DNA of 64,000 nt from an uncultured Acidimicrobiia bacterium (GTDB lineage: Bacteria; Actinomycetota; Acidimicrobiia; Acidimicrobiales; AC-14), in NCBI GenBank assembly GCA_963836205.1, contig CAWIIV010000017.1, positions 196,936-260,935 on the forward strand, read 5' to 3'. The position numbers and the translations under genes are program-made. Below, in pieces: positions 21,231 to 31,336 of this stretch. Below the pieces are notes generated by a model. It searched no databases, had not been told where the DNA came from, and saw only the letters and a program-made list of their open reading frames with translations. Within the stretch, counting starts at the first letter, position 1, and the number at the start of each line of letters is the position of its first letter.

Positions 21231-21252
21231 GGCGGGCGGCCCAGCCGACCCG

Positions 21253-22119
21253 TCAGACGTCGAGCCTCCGGCGGCGGGCGGCGGCGTCGACCGCGTTGCG
21301 CAGGAGCATGGCGACCGTGGTCGGCCCGACTCCACCCAGGCGGGGGGTGACCCAGCCCGCGACCTCGGCCACCGACTCGTCGACATCGCTCACCAGCCGC
21401 TTTCCGGCCCACGAGATGCCCCCGCCGACGACGGCCGCGCCCGGTCGAACGTCGCCCGGACCGATCATGTTGGGCACGCCGGCCGCCCCCACCACGATGT
21501 CGGCCTCGCGGGTGTAGTCGGCCCAGTCGGGCACACCCGTGTGGACGACGGTGACGGCCGCGTTGGCCCCCGGCCGCTTGAGCGACAGGAGCATGGCCAG
21601 GGGCCGTCCGAGGGTGGGACCCCGGCCCACGATCACCACGTGCCGTCCCGCCACCGGCACCTGGTAGTGGCCCAGGAGGGCCTGGATGCCCGCCGGGGTG
21701 CACGGCACCGGCCCGTCGACCCCGAGCGCCAGCCGGCCCAGGTTGGACGGGTGGAGGCCGTCGGCGTCCTTGTCGGGGTCCATGGCGGCCAGGGCGGCGT
21801 TGAAGTCGAGGCCGGCGGGCACCGGGTTCTGGATGAGGAAGGCGTCGACCGCGTCGTCGTCGTTGAACGCCTCCACCGCCGCCAGCAGCTCGGCCTGGGA
21901 CGCGGTCGCCGGCAGCTGCACGTTGAACGACCGAATGCCCGTGGCCTCGCTGGCCTCGTGCTTCTTGCGGATGTAGCCGGAGCTGGCGGGGTCGTCGCCG
22001 ACGAGAATCGTGCCCAGGCCGACGGTGACGCCCGCGTCGGCCAGGGCCGCCACCCGGCGCGTCACCTCTGCCGTCACCGCCTCCACGACCGGCGCGCCGG
22101 CCATGATCACGGCCGCCAT
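21253..22119 (-). CDS. folD: Bifunctional methylene-THF dehydrogenase/cyclohydrolase
   Basis: LVGDDPASSGYIRKK, KDADGLHP, PCTPAGI, GGVGPTTVAML. Confidence 0.95.
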   Translation of the reverse strand: MAAVIMAGAPVVEAVTAEVTRRVAALADAGVTVGLGTILVGDDPASSGYIRKKHEASEATGIRSFNVQLPATASQAELLAAVEAFNDDDAVDAFLIQNPVPAGLDFNAALAAMDPDKDADGLHPSNLGRLALGVDGPVPCTPAGIQALLGHYQVPVAGRHVVIVGRGPTLGRPLAMLLSLKRPGANAAVTVVHTGVPDWADYTREADIVVGAAGVPNMIGPGDVRPGAAVVGGGISWAGKRLVSDVDESVAEVAGWVTPRLGGVGPTTVAMLLRNAVDAAARRRRLDV

Positions 22120-23627
22120 CAGTGGCGAAATTGGCGCTCGCCGGTGATCACCATGGCCATGCCGTGGGCGTCGGCCGCGGCTACCGCGGCGGCGTCGCGG
22201 ATGCTCCCCCCCGGCTGCACCACCACGGCGACACCGGACGCGGCCGCCACCTCGACGCCGTCGGGGAACGGGTAGAAGCCGTCGGTGGCGCTGGCCCCGC
22301 CCTTGGCCCGGTCGCCGGCCTTGCGCAGGGCCACCTCGGCCGCGTCGACCCGGCTCTGCTGGCCGGCGCCGATGCCCACCGCCTGGCCGCCCCGCACCAG
22401 CACGACCGCGTTGGACTTGGTGTGGCCGCACAGCCGCCACGCCAGCTCGGCGTCGACCCACTGGTCGTCGGTGGGCCTGGCCTCGCTGACGACCCGCCAC
22501 GTCGAGCGGTCGGCCACGAACCGGTTCGGCTCCTGGACGAGGAATCCGCCCGCGAAAGCCCGGAGGTGGAGGGCGTCGAGGGTGGGCGCGGGCGCCGACA
22601 GCAGCCGGGTGTTCTTGCGCTTCCTGGCCAGGCGCTCGACGGTGCCGGGCTCGTAGGAGGGGGCGATGACGACGTCGGCCTGGGCCGCCTGCTCCATCGC
22701 CGCCACCGTGGCCTCGTCAACGGGACGGTTGAGGGCGACGATCCCCCCGAAGGCCGACGTGGGGTCGCCCTCGAACGCCAGCTGGTAGGCGGTGGCCAGG
22801 TCGTCCGCCACCGCCGCCCCGCACGGGTTGGCGTGCTTGATGATCGCCACTGCCGGCCGCTCGCCCAGGTCGTGGACGAGGAGCCAGGCGGCCTCCGCGT
22901 CGCACAGGTTGAGGTACGACAGCGCCATCCCCCCGTGCTGCGCGACACCGTCCCACCAGCCCGAACGCCCCACGGTGCGGTAACGGGACGCCTTTTGGTG
23001 GGGGTTCTCGCCGTAGCGGAGGTCGTCGGCCTTCTCCAGGGCGAGGTGGAGGGTGGGGGGGAGGACGCCGACGTCACCGTCGCCCTCGTCGAACCACCCG
23101 GTGATAGCGGCGTCGTAGGCGGCGGTGGAGGCGAACGCCTTGCGCGCCAGGCGCCGGCGGGTGCCGTCGGACAGGCTGCCCGCGGCCCGCAGCTCCTCGA
23201 GCACGCCGTCGTAGTCGGACGGGTCGACCACCACTCCTACCGAGGCGTGGTTCTTGGCCGCCGCCCGCACCATGGTGGGCCCGCCCACGTCGATCATCTC
23301 CACCGACGGCTGCTGGCGGAAGGGGTAGAGGTTGCAGACGACGAGGTCGATGAGGGCGATGCCGCGGGCCTCGACGTCGGCCATGTGGTCGGGCTTCGAC
23401 CGGTCGGCCAGGATGCCGCCGGCGATGGCGGGGTGGAGCGTCTTGACCCGTCCCCCGAGCATCTCGGGGGCGCCGGTGACCTCGGCCACCTCGGTGCAGG
23501 CGATCCCGGCCTCGGTGAGGGCGCCCGCCGTCCCCCCACTCGAGAGCAGCTCCCAGCCCAGGTCGGACAGGCCCCGGGCCAAGTCCAACAGCCCCGCCTT
23601 GTCGTAGACGGAGACCAGCGCTCTCAT
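22119..23627 (-). CDS. purH: Bifunctional AICAR transformylase/IMP cyclohydrolase
   Basis: RALVSVYDK, GRVKTLHP, LRYGENPHQ, KHANPCG, QPGGSIRD, RQFRH. Confidence 0.97.
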   Translation of the reverse strand: MRALVSVYDKAGLLDLARGLSDLGWELLSSGGTAGALTEAGIACTEVAEVTGAPEMLGGRVKTLHPAIAGGILADRSKPDHMADVEARGIALIDLVVCNLYPFRQQPSVEMIDVGGPTMVRAAAKNHASVGVVVDPSDYDGVLEELRAAGSLSDGTRRRLARKAFASTAAYDAAITGWFDEGDGDVGVLPPTLHLALEKADDLRYGENPHQKASRYRTVGRSGWWDGVAQHGGMALSYLNLCDAEAAWLLVHDLGERPAVAIIKHANPCGAAVADDLATAYQLAFEGDPTSAFGGIVALNRPVDEATVAAMEQAAQADVVIAPSYEPGTVERLARKRKNTRLLSAPAPTLDALHLRAFAGGFLVQEPNRFVADRSTWRVVSEARPTDDQWVDAELAWRLCGHTKSNAVVLVRGGQAVGIGAGQQSRVDAAEVALRKAGDRAKGGASATDGFYPFPDGVEVAAASGVAVVVQPGGSIRDAAAVAAADAHGMAMVITGERQFRH

Positions 23628-23733
23628 CGATTGCGCGCCCGTCCGGCCCTCACGATCGGGCACCGTACCAGCCCCTTTCCATCCGCCGGACGGCGTGCTC
23701 TACTACGGGCACTTCTCGGCCAAGGGGGACCGC

Positions 23734-24156
23734 ATGGACTTCAAGAAGTTGACGCAGGGCGAGCGAATCGTGCTCGTCGCGGGGTTGCTGCTCATCATCG
23801 ACCTCCTCTTCCTGCCGTGGCACCACATCGACCTGGGCGTCTTGGGCAGCGCCGACCGTAAGGGAGTCCAGTCGCCGAACTCGTTCTACGGCGTGCTCGC
23901 CCTCCTGCTCGCCATCGTGATGGTCGGCCAGATCGCGGCCACCAAGCTCGCCAACGCCAAGCTTCCCGCCCTGCCGATCGGCTGGGGCCAGGTCCACATG
24001 ATCGCCGGCATCGCCATCCTCGTCCTGCTGCTTCTCAAGCTGGTCGTCGAAACCGACTTCCTCGGCTTCGGCGCCTACCTGGGCATCCTGCTGGCGGCCG
24101 CGATCGCCTTCGGCGGGTTCTCCATCAACAAGGAGAGCACCAGCCGCACGTTCTGA
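23734..24156 (+). CDS. Hypothetical 4-TM membrane protein
   Basis: AGGGGG SD, MDFKKLT..., four hydrophobic helices. Confidence 0.8.
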   Translation: MDFKKLTQGERIVLVAGLLLIIDLLFLPWHHIDLGVLGSADRKGVQSPNSFYGVLALLLAIVMVGQIAATKLANAKLPALPIGWGQVHMIAGIAILVLLLLKLVVETDFLGFGAYLGILLAAAIAFGGFSINKESTSRTF

Positions 24157-24166
24157 GGACGACGGA

Positions 24167-25048
24167 CTAGCGGCCGAGGACCTCGGCGGTGCGACGACCC
24201 AGCTCGGTGGGATCTCGCACCACCGAGGCCCCCGCCGCTTCGAGGGCGGCGATCTTGGCCGCGGCCCCTCCTGACGAGCCCGACACGATGGCCCCGGCGT
24301 GGCCCATCTTCCGGCCCGGAGGAGCGGTAACGCCGGCCACGTAGGCGATGACGGGCGTCGACATCTCGGAGCCGATGAAGGCCGCCGCCGCCTCCTCGTC
24401 CGACCCGCCGATCTCGCCGATGAGGATGACCGCGCCCGTGTCGGGGTCGTCCTCGAACAGGCGCAGGCAGTCGATGAAGCCCGTACCGGGGACGGGGTCG
24501 CCGCCGATGCCGATGCAGGTGGTCTGGCCGATGCCCTGGCGGGTGAGCTCGTAAAGCGCCTGGTAGGTGAGCGTGCCCGACCGCGACACCACGCCCACCG
24601 GGCCCCCGCCGAGGCCGATCTCGGGGGGGATGATCCCGATGTTGCACCGTCCGGGGGTGATCACGCCCGGGCAGTTGGGGCCGAGCAGGCGGGTGCCGGG
24701 GGCGTGGTGGCGCAGGTGGCTCACCACCCGGGCCTCGTCGTGAAGGGGGATGCCCTCGGTGATGCACACCACCAGGGCGATGCCGGCGTCGGCCGACTCG
24801 ATCACCGCCGCCGCCGCGAACCGGGCCGGGACGAGGACGAGGCTGGCGTCGGCGCCGGTGGCCGCCACCGCCTCGGCCACGGTGTCGAACACGGGGATGC
24901 CGTCGACGTCGGACCCGCCCTTGCCCGGGGTGACGCCGGCCACCACCTGGGTGCCGTAGGCCCGGTTCCGCAGCCCGTGGAACCGCCCCTGACTCCCGGT
25001 GAGTCCCTGCACCAACACCCGGGTGGTCTCGTCGACGAGCACGCTCAC
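24167..25048 (-). CDS. sucD: Succinyl-CoA ligase alpha subunit
   Basis: [34 protein letters not shown]. Confidence 0.97.
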   Translation of the reverse strand: MSVLVDETTRVLVQGLTGSQGRFHGLRNRAYGTQVVAGVTPGKGGSDVDGIPVFDTVAEAVAATGADASLVLVPARFAAAAVIESADAGIALVVCITEGIPLHDEARVVSHLRHHAPGTRLLGPNCPGVITPGRCNIGIIPPEIGLGGGPVGVVSRSGTLTYQALYELTRQGIGQTTCIGIGGDPVPGTGFIDCLRLFEDDPDTGAVILIGEIGGSDEEAAAAFIGSEMSTPVIAYVAGVTAPPGRKMGHAGAIVSGSSGGAAAKIAALEAAGASVVRDPTELGRRTAEVLGR

Positions 25049-25069
25049 CGGACGCCCCGCCCGACCCAA

Positions 25070-25200
25070 TGCGAACCGGTGACGGAAAAGGTCGTGTGGC
25101 GACCGAAAACGTCACCGGTTGCGAGGCCGCCGCCGCCCGCCCCGTGCGAACCGGTGACAGAAAGGGTCGTGTGGCGAGCGAAAGCGTCACCGGTTCGCAC
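25070..25200. repeat. Two ~55-bp palindromic REP-like units between sucC and sucD
   Basis: (g)tgcgaaccggtgac-~27 nt-gtcaccggtt(c)gc present twice, at 25070-25124 and 25144-25200. Confidence 0.85.
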
Positions 25201-25211
25201 GTGAGGGGTGG

Positions 25212-26363
25212 TCACGACGATCGTGCCTCGGCCAGGGCGACCGCGGTGCGGGCGGCCTCGGACATGGTGGGCTCCGACCGGAGGGAGTCGGACAGGTGGC
25301 CGGCGAGGATGGCGCGGCCCTCCTCGGCGTTGGTGCCGTCGAGCCGGACGACGATGGGGGGGCCGATGGCGGCCACCGCCAGCGCCTGGAGGATGCCGTT
25401 GGCGACCTCGTCGCAGCGGGTGATCCCGCCGAAGATGTTGACCAGGATGGCGCCCACCTTCTCGTCGCTCGCGACCACGTCGAGGGCAGCGGCGATGACC
25501 TCGGCGCTCGCCCCGCCGCCCACGTCGAGGAAGTTGGCCGCCGATCCGCCCGCCTGGCTGACGACGTCGAGGGTGGCCATCACCAGACCGGCCCCGTTGC
25601 CGATGATCCCGACGGTGCCGTCGAGGCCGACGTAGTTGAGCCCCTTCTCCCGGGCCCGCCGCTCCCGGGGGTCGAGCTCCTCCGACGCCCGCCACTCGGC
25701 CCACTCGGGGTGGCGGAAGGCGGCGTTGTCGTCGAGCGTCACCTTGGCGTCGAGCGCGACCACGTCGCCGGCACCGGTGAGGACGAGGGGGTTGATCTCG
25801 ATCAGGTCGGCGTCGGCGGCCACGTAGGCCGCGAACAGCGTCGGCAGCAGCGCGGCCACCCCGGCGGCCGCCACACCGTCGAGCCCGGCCCGGGCGACGA
25901 GATCGCGAGCGGCGTCGACGCTCAGGCCGTCGATGGGATCGACGTGGATGCGGGCCACCGCCTGGGGGTCACGGTGGGCGACCTCCTCGATGTCGACGCC
26001 GCCCTGGGCCGACAGCAGGCCCAGGTGGAGGCGGGCGGCGCGGTCGAAGGTGAAGCTGGCGTAATACTCGGCGGCGATGTCGCAGGCGGGCTCGACCAGG
26101 ACGACGCCGACGGTGTGACCCTTGATGTCGAGGCCGAGGATCGCCTCTCCGGCGGCGGCCGCGGCGGCGGCGTCGCCCACCACCTTCACCCCGCCCGCCT
26201 TCCCCCGTCCGCCGATCCGCACCTGGGCCTTGACCACCGCCGGGTACCCGTGGGCGTCGGCGGCGGCGACCACCTCGTCGACGGTGCGGGCCACGGTGCC
26301 GCTCGACGCGGGCACGCCGGCCGCGGCCAACAGCTGCTTGCCCTGGTACTCGAGGAGGTCCAT
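25212..26363 (-). CDS. sucC: Succinyl-CoA ligase beta subunit
   Basis: [52 protein letters not shown]. Confidence 0.97.
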   Translation of the reverse strand: MDLLEYQGKQLLAAAGVPASSGTVARTVDEVVAAADAHGYPAVVKAQVRIGGRGKAGGVKVVGDAAAAAAAGEAILGLDIKGHTVGVVLVEPACDIAAEYYASFTFDRAARLHLGLLSAQGGVDIEEVAHRDPQAVARIHVDPIDGLSVDAARDLVARAGLDGVAAAGVAALLPTLFAAYVAADADLIEINPLVLTGAGDVVALDAKVTLDDNAAFRHPEWAEWRASEELDPRERRAREKGLNYVGLDGTVGIIGNGAGLVMATLDVVSQAGGSAANFLDVGGGASAEVIAAALDVVASDEKVGAILVNIFGGITRCDEVANGILQALAVAAIGPPIVVRLDGTNAEEGRAILAGHLSDSLRSEPTMSEAARTAVALAEARSS

Positions 26364-26821
26364 CAGCCGGCGGCCCGCCCGGCCTGCCCGGCCTGCCCGG
26401 CCGGCCGCGGGCCCCCGGCGGCGGCCCGGCCGTCGAGCTCGGCCCGCAGCCAGCCGGAGATGGTCGCCAACCGGGTGCCCGGTCCGAAGAGGGCGGCCAC
26501 GCCCGCGGCCCGCAGCCGGTCGGCGTCGGCCGGCGGGATGATCCCCCCGCCGAACACCACCACCTCGCCCGCGCCTTGCTCCTCGAGGGCGGCCAGCAGG
26601 CGGGGGAAGTGCACCAGGTGGGCGCCGGTGAGCGTCGACAGCCCCACCGCGTCGGCCTCCACCCGCACCGCCAGGTCGGCCACCTGCTCCGGCGTCTGGC
26701 GCAGGCCGGCGTAGACGACGTCGAACCCGTACCCCTGCAAGGCCCGCACGACGACCTTGGCCCCACGGTCGTGGCCGTCGAGGCCGGGCTTGGCCACCAC
26801 GACCCGGTAGGGGCGCTCCAT
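26363..26821 (-). CDS. Cobalamin B12-binding domain protein (methylmalonyl-CoA mutase C-terminal-like)
   Basis: [30 protein letters not shown]. Confidence 0.92.
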   Translation of the reverse strand: MERPYRVVVAKPGLDGHDRGAKVVVRALQGYGFDVVYAGLRQTPEQVADLAVRVEADAVGLSTLTGAHLVHFPRLLAALEEQGAGEVVVFGGGIIPPADADRLRAAGVAALFGPGTRLATISGWLRAELDGRAAAGGPRPAGQAGQAGRAAG

Positions 26822-26889
26822 GGACGCATACTAGGAGCGTGGCCCCGCCTCTCCCTCCGGGGCGCCCCATCCAGCGGACGCCGAGGGGC

Positions 26890-27405
26890 ATGACCGTCGT
26901 GCTCACCGGCATCGCCGGAGTCCTCGGCGGCATCCTCGTCTTCGTGATCGTCGCCAATCTCGTCGGCTCCCGGGCCGACACGGCCGACTCGCCCGCGGCC
27001 ACGTTCGACGTCGGCTCGGCGGACGACAGGGCCCGCACCATCGCCGAGGGTGGTCCCATCCTCTTCCAGGACCTGCTCAACCGCTCCCGCGACATCTACG
27101 TCCAGCACCTGGGGGGCGTCGACTGGCGGGCGTTCGAGGCCCACGCCCCCGGCGCCGGCCGCCGGTGCTTCCTAGAGTGGCGAGCGGCCACCCGCCAGTT
27201 CGTCGACGCGTGCGACGGCCGGACCTTCCCGGCCGACGGCACCGGCCTGGTCTCCTACCCGGCCATGATCGACGAGCGGAATCACGTGGTCGTCGACCTC
27301 CGCACACCGGCCACCACCACCGTCCCGACGACCACCACCACCACCTCGACATCGACGCCCGAGCCGCCGACGACGGCCGCCCCGGAGCCGGCCCCACCCG
27401 CCTGA
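26890..27405 (+). CDS. Membrane-anchored hypothetical protein with degenerate Rieske-like fold and Thr-rich tail
   Basis: TM helix; RRCFLEW...FVDACDGRTFPADG resembles a Rieske core without the His/Cys ligands. Confidence 0.65.
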   Translation: MTVVLTGIAGVLGGILVFVIVANLVGSRADTADSPAATFDVGSADDRARTIAEGGPILFQDLLNRSRDIYVQHLGGVDWRAFEAHAPGAGRRCFLEWRAATRQFVDACDGRTFPADGTGLVSYPAMIDERNHVVVDLRTPATTTVPTTTTTTSTSTPEPPTTAAPEPAPPA

Positions 27406-27421
27406 GCACCGACGACCGCCG

Positions 27422-27437
27422 GTGGTGGTAGCACCAC
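27422..27437. promoter_or_regulatory. Palindromic operator-like site GTGGTGGTAGCACCAC
   Basis: Near-perfect 16-bp palindrome upstream of the SBP-kinase operon; shares its core with 32048-32063. Confidence 0.5.
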
Positions 27438-27453
27438 TTCGTCCCCGCGACCC

Positions 27454-28779
27454 TTGCACCGGCCCCCCAGGCGGTGGTTTGCTCCCCCTGTGGCCCCGAC
27501 GCGCCGACCGAGCGTGGCTCTTCTCGCCCTGGTCCTCTCCCTGGCCCTGGTAGCAGTCGGCTGCGCGTCGTCCGAGGCGCCCATGCCCACCACCCTGCGC
27601 GTGCTCATGACCGACGACTGGGTGACGGCGCCGTTCCTCCAGGCGGTCCGCGACTTTGAGCGCCTCCACGACGACGTCCGGGTGGTAGTGGAGAAGGGCC
27701 CCATCCGCCTCCAGACCGACACCGTCCGGGCCGGCATCAGCGCCGGCAGCCCGCCCGACGTCGTCCAGGGACACGCCTTCTCCGCCGCCAGCCAGGGCTT
27801 GGCCCAGGCGGTCGACGACCTGTGGGCGACGAGCCTGGTGGCGGACGAGTTCTTCCCCGGCGCGGTGGAGGACGTCACCTGGAACGGGAAGAAGTACGGC
27901 GTCCCCCTCGACACCAACGCCATGGTCCTCATGTACAACGTCGACCACTTCCGCCAGGCGGGCCTGCCCGATCCGCAGCCGTCGATGTCGATGGAGGAGT
28001 TCGCCCGCACCGCGGCCGCCCTGTCGACCCCCGACGGCACCCGCCGGGGGCTGGCCATCCCCACCAGCGGGTGGTGGACCTACGGATGGATCAAGGCCAA
28101 CGGGGGCGAGGTGGTCCAGGTGGGCGAGGACGGCAGGGCGACCGTCACCCTCGACGCCCCGCCCGTCGTCAACGCCCTCGGCTTCCTCTCCGGGCTCATC
28201 AACGCCCGCGACGCCTTCCCGCCCCGAGGGTCCGACGCCCACTCGGAGGACGCCTTCGCCCTGTTCGCGTCCGGCGTGGCGTCGATGCACACCAGCGGGT
28301 CGTGGGACGTCGCCACCATCAACAACAACCGCATCAGGATCAACTACGGCACCACCCTGATGCCCGCCGCCCTCGGCGGGGGCACCGCGCTGGGCGGCAG
28401 CAGCACGTGGGTGCCAGTGGGCTCCAAGCATCGGGAGCTGGCGTTCGAGTTCATGACCCACCTGGCGGCCGACCGCTACGCCCTCCGCTTCGCGGACGAG
28501 GAGGGCCGGCTGCCGGTTCGGCTCCGGGTGTTCGAGAACGACTTGTTCCAGAACCGTGACATGCGGGTCTTCCAGGAACAGCTCAAGACCGCCCATCCCC
28601 AGCTCCTGAGCGCGTTCCCCGCCTCGTCCGACGCCTACGACAACGCCATCGACAGCATCCTGCGGACGAACGGCCGCGACCCCGCCACCGCCCTGGCCGA
28701 AGCCCAGGCGCTGGCCGCGGCCAGCCTGGCGACGGGGGGGTCCAGCCAGGCGGCGATGGCAGCCGGCCCTCCGTCGTGA
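27454..28779 (+). CDS. Sugar-type ABC extracellular solute-binding lipoprotein
   Basis: Lipobox AVGC, PPDVV, WNGKKYGVP, LMYNVDHF, LGGSSTWV; start uncertain (27454-27514). Confidence 0.9.
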   Translation: MHRPPRRWFAPPVAPTRRPSVALLALVLSLALVAVGCASSEAPMPTTLRVLMTDDWVTAPFLQAVRDFERLHDDVRVVVEKGPIRLQTDTVRAGISAGSPPDVVQGHAFSAASQGLAQAVDDLWATSLVADEFFPGAVEDVTWNGKKYGVPLDTNAMVLMYNVDHFRQAGLPDPQPSMSMEEFARTAAALSTPDGTRRGLAIPTSGWWTYGWIKANGGEVVQVGEDGRATVTLDAPPVVNALGFLSGLINARDAFPPRGSDAHSEDAFALFASGVASMHTSGSWDVATINNNRIRINYGTTLMPAALGGGTALGGSSTWVPVGSKHRELAFEFMTHLAADRYALRFADEEGRLPVRLRVFENDLFQNRDMRVFQEQLKTAHPQLLSAFPASSDAYDNAIDSILRTNGRDPATALAEAQALAAASLATGGSSQAAMAAGPPS

Positions 28780-30533
28780 CCGACGCGGGCGCCCCGACTG
28801 TCCGGGGCTCCCCCCGCATCGTGCGGGCCCATACGTCGATCCTCTACAAGGTGGTCGGCGTCCTCGTCGTCACCCTGGTGGTGTCGAGCATCCTCACCGC
28901 CTTCGTCGCCTCCCGGCTGACCAGCAACGCCCTCGACGGCCAGACCGAGGGCATCGCCACCAGCCAGCTCAACGTGCTCAAGCAGGCCTTCGACACCCGC
29001 GGCAAGCAACTGGTCGCCACCATGCGGAACCTGGCCGACACGGTGAACAACAAGGGCCTGGCGGCCCCGTCGGAGCGGGTCAACCTGATCTCGGAGATGA
29101 CCCAGGCCAAGACGAACTTCCACATCGAGATCATCCGCCTGCTCGATTACAACGGCGCCGAGCTGATCGAGCCGGTCGGCATCGGGGCGGCGCTGGACGG
29201 GTCGATCCTCACCGGCTCGTCTCCCATCATCGAGCCCGCCAGCCGGCTCCTCAAGACCAGGGACGGCATCTACGTCCAGGCGGTGGCGGTCCCCCTGGGC
29301 GGCCCCGAGCGGCCCTTGCTGGTGGGCGCCTTCCCGTTCGACGAGAACTTCTCCTTCGAGCTCCGCAACCAGATCCTCGACGACGTCCTGGTGGTGGCAT
29401 CGGGCAGGGTGGTGGGGACGACCCTGGCCAGGGACTCCAACGTCCCGCCGGGGCAGAGCGACGACGGCGACCTGCCCACCAAGCCCACCGTGGTGCGCCT
29501 GGAGGGTCAGACCAGCCTCATCGCCTATGTCCCCGTCGGCGTGAATGCCGACGACCCCGTCGGCGGTGCCCTGGGAGTGGTGCTCACCAACCCCATCGCA
29601 CCCCTCCAACGGTCCCTCGACGACACCCGGCTGCTGGCCAGCGTGCTCCTCACCCTGGTCGCGCTGGGCCTGGGTTGGGTGCTTTTTCGGGCCCTCATCC
29701 GGCCCCTGGTGGTCCTGGCCGGCACCGCCGGACGGGTGGCCGGGGGCGACGCCGACGCCACCTTCGTCCGCCGCGGCAACGACGAGATCGGCATGCTGGC
29801 CCGGTCGCTCGAGCACATGCGCCTGGAGCTCAAGGCCCGCCTCGACCTCATCGCCCGCCAGGCGACCGACCTCCAGGAGAGCTCGCAGCGGATCGTGGCC
29901 GCCGAGGACGAGGAGCGCCAGCGGCTGTCCCGCGACCTCCACGACGGGATCCAGCAGCAGCTCGTCGTCCTCCGCATGCAGGTGGGAATGCTCCAGGACG
30001 GGATCGGTCCCGACGGCGGCGACCCGGTCCGGGCCTACGACGCCCTGGGCGCCGAGCTCGACCGGGTCATCGAGCAGCTGCGGGAGGTCACCCACAACCT
30101 CTACCCGTCGATCCTCGTCGACCGGGGCCTCACGTCCGCCCTCCACAGCTACGTGGGCCGGCTGCCGCTGTCCACCGTCGTCACGTGCGAGCCGGAGAAC
30201 TTCCCCCGCCTGTCCCCCGAGATCGAGAGTGGGGCCTACTTCCTGCTGGGCGAGGCCGTCACCAACGCCCTCAAGCACGCCCGGGCGACGAGGATCGACA
30301 TCGGCCTGCGCCTGGCCGAAGGCTGGCTGGACGTGACGATCGCCGACGACGGGGTCGGCTTCGACCGCGACCAGGGCCGGCCCCGGGGCGGCCTCCTGCA
30401 CATGGAGGACCGGGTGCGGTCGTTCGGCGGACACCTCACCATCTCGTCCACGCCTGGCGGGGGGACCAAAGTGGTCGCCACCTTCCCCGAGCGGGTGGGG
30501 ATCGACGCCACCACGGCCACGCCCGCCGGCTGA
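28776..30533 (+). CDS. Sensor histidine kinase (two TM, HAMP, HisKA_3, HATPase)
   Basis: DEIGMLARSLEHM (HAMP), EERQRLSRDLHDGIQQ, EAVTNALKHA, DDGVGF; 4-nt overlap with the SBP stop. Confidence 0.95.
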   Translation: MTDAGAPTVRGSPRIVRAHTSILYKVVGVLVVTLVVSSILTAFVASRLTSNALDGQTEGIATSQLNVLKQAFDTRGKQLVATMRNLADTVNNKGLAAPSERVNLISEMTQAKTNFHIEIIRLLDYNGAELIEPVGIGAALDGSILTGSSPIIEPASRLLKTRDGIYVQAVAVPLGGPERPLLVGAFPFDENFSFELRNQILDDVLVVASGRVVGTTLARDSNVPPGQSDDGDLPTKPTVVRLEGQTSLIAYVPVGVNADDPVGGALGVVLTNPIAPLQRSLDDTRLLASVLLTLVALGLGWVLFRALIRPLVVLAGTAGRVAGGDADATFVRRGNDEIGMLARSLEHMRLELKARLDLIARQATDLQESSQRIVAAEDEERQRLSRDLHDGIQQQLVVLRMQVGMLQDGIGPDGGDPVRAYDALGAELDRVIEQLREVTHNLYPSILVDRGLTSALHSYVGRLPLSTVVTCEPENFPRLSPEIESGAYFLLGEAVTNALKHARATRIDIGLRLAEGWLDVTIADDGVGFDRDQGRPRGGLLHMEDRVRSFGGHLTISSTPGGGTKVVATFPERVGIDATTATPAG

Positions 30534-30579
30534 CCGGCTGACCTGGTCTGGTCTAGTTCGGTCGCGGTAACCTGGCGCG

Positions 30580-30825
30580 GTGGCCCGGATCGTGAACATC
30601 ACCGAGGCGAAGGCGCAGCTGTCACGGCTCGTTCAGGAGGTCGAGGGAGGTGGCCGGGTGGTGATCGGGAGAGCCGGGCGCCCGGTGGCGATGCTCGTCG
30701 GATACTCCGTCGACCCCGGTCCTCGTCGGCTCGGGGCCTGGCGCGACGCCGATGTCCGGATTGCCGACGACTTCGACGACCCCCTGCCCGACGACCTCCA
30801 AGGGGCATTCGAAGGAGGGCTCTGA
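30580..30825 (+). CDS. Phd/YefM-family antitoxin
   Basis: VNITEAKAQLSRLVQEVEGG.RVVIGRAGRPVAML, IADDFDDPLP. Confidence 0.92.
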   Translation: MARIVNITEAKAQLSRLVQEVEGGGRVVIGRAGRPVAMLVGYSVDPGPRRLGAWRDADVRIADDFDDPLPDDLQGAFEGGL

Positions 30826-31203
30826 ATGCGGCTCCTCCTCGACACCCATGTCCTGCTGTGGGCCCTCACCGCCGACTCACGCCTGCGTCCGGCGGTGCGC
30901 GATCTGATCATCGACGGAACCACCGAGGTGCTTGTGAGCGCCGCCAGCGCCTGGGAGATCACGATCAAACGGGCCATCGGGAAGCTCGGGTCGCCTGACG
31001 ACCTTCCCGCCCAGCTCGTTGCCGCTCGATTCGACGAGCTTCCTGTGACGGTCGAGCATGCGGTCGCTGTCCTCGACCTGCCCGACCACCACCGTGACCC
31101 CTTCGACCGGATGCTCGTCGCCCAGGCCCGGGTGGAGGGTCTGACTCTTGTGACCCACGATTCCAACCTCAGTCGCTACGACGTCGCCGTGCTGGAAACC
31201 TGA
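30826..31203 (+). CDS. vapC: PIN-domain VapC toxin
   Basis: LLLDTHVLLW, SAASAWEI, HRDPFDRMLVAQA, LVTHD. Confidence 0.93.
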   Translation: MRLLLDTHVLLWALTADSRLRPAVRDLIIDGTTEVLVSAASAWEITIKRAIGKLGSPDDLPAQLVAARFDELPVTVEHAVAVLDLPDHHRDPFDRMLVAQARVEGLTLVTHDSNLSRYDVAVLET

Positions 31204-31336
31204 TTTCGACCGGAGTGGTTCGGGCGAGGTGTGGTCGACGCGACCGACCGGCCGGGTTGCCACGTCCGCGCCCGCCGCACGCCCATGTCTCCAGGACGCG
31301 GCCGCGCCCGGGCCGGATCCCGTGCGCGCCCGCCGC

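Noticed and set aside
23628-23733. ZMP/ZTP riboswitch upstream of purH
   Set aside because: Short divergent intergenic region with no recognisable pfl-motif sequence.
25070-25200. CRISPR mini-array or small protein ORFs (24075..25190, 25069..25635)
   Set aside because: Only two palindromic units with a conserved interior; the ORFs are shadows of sucC/sucD.
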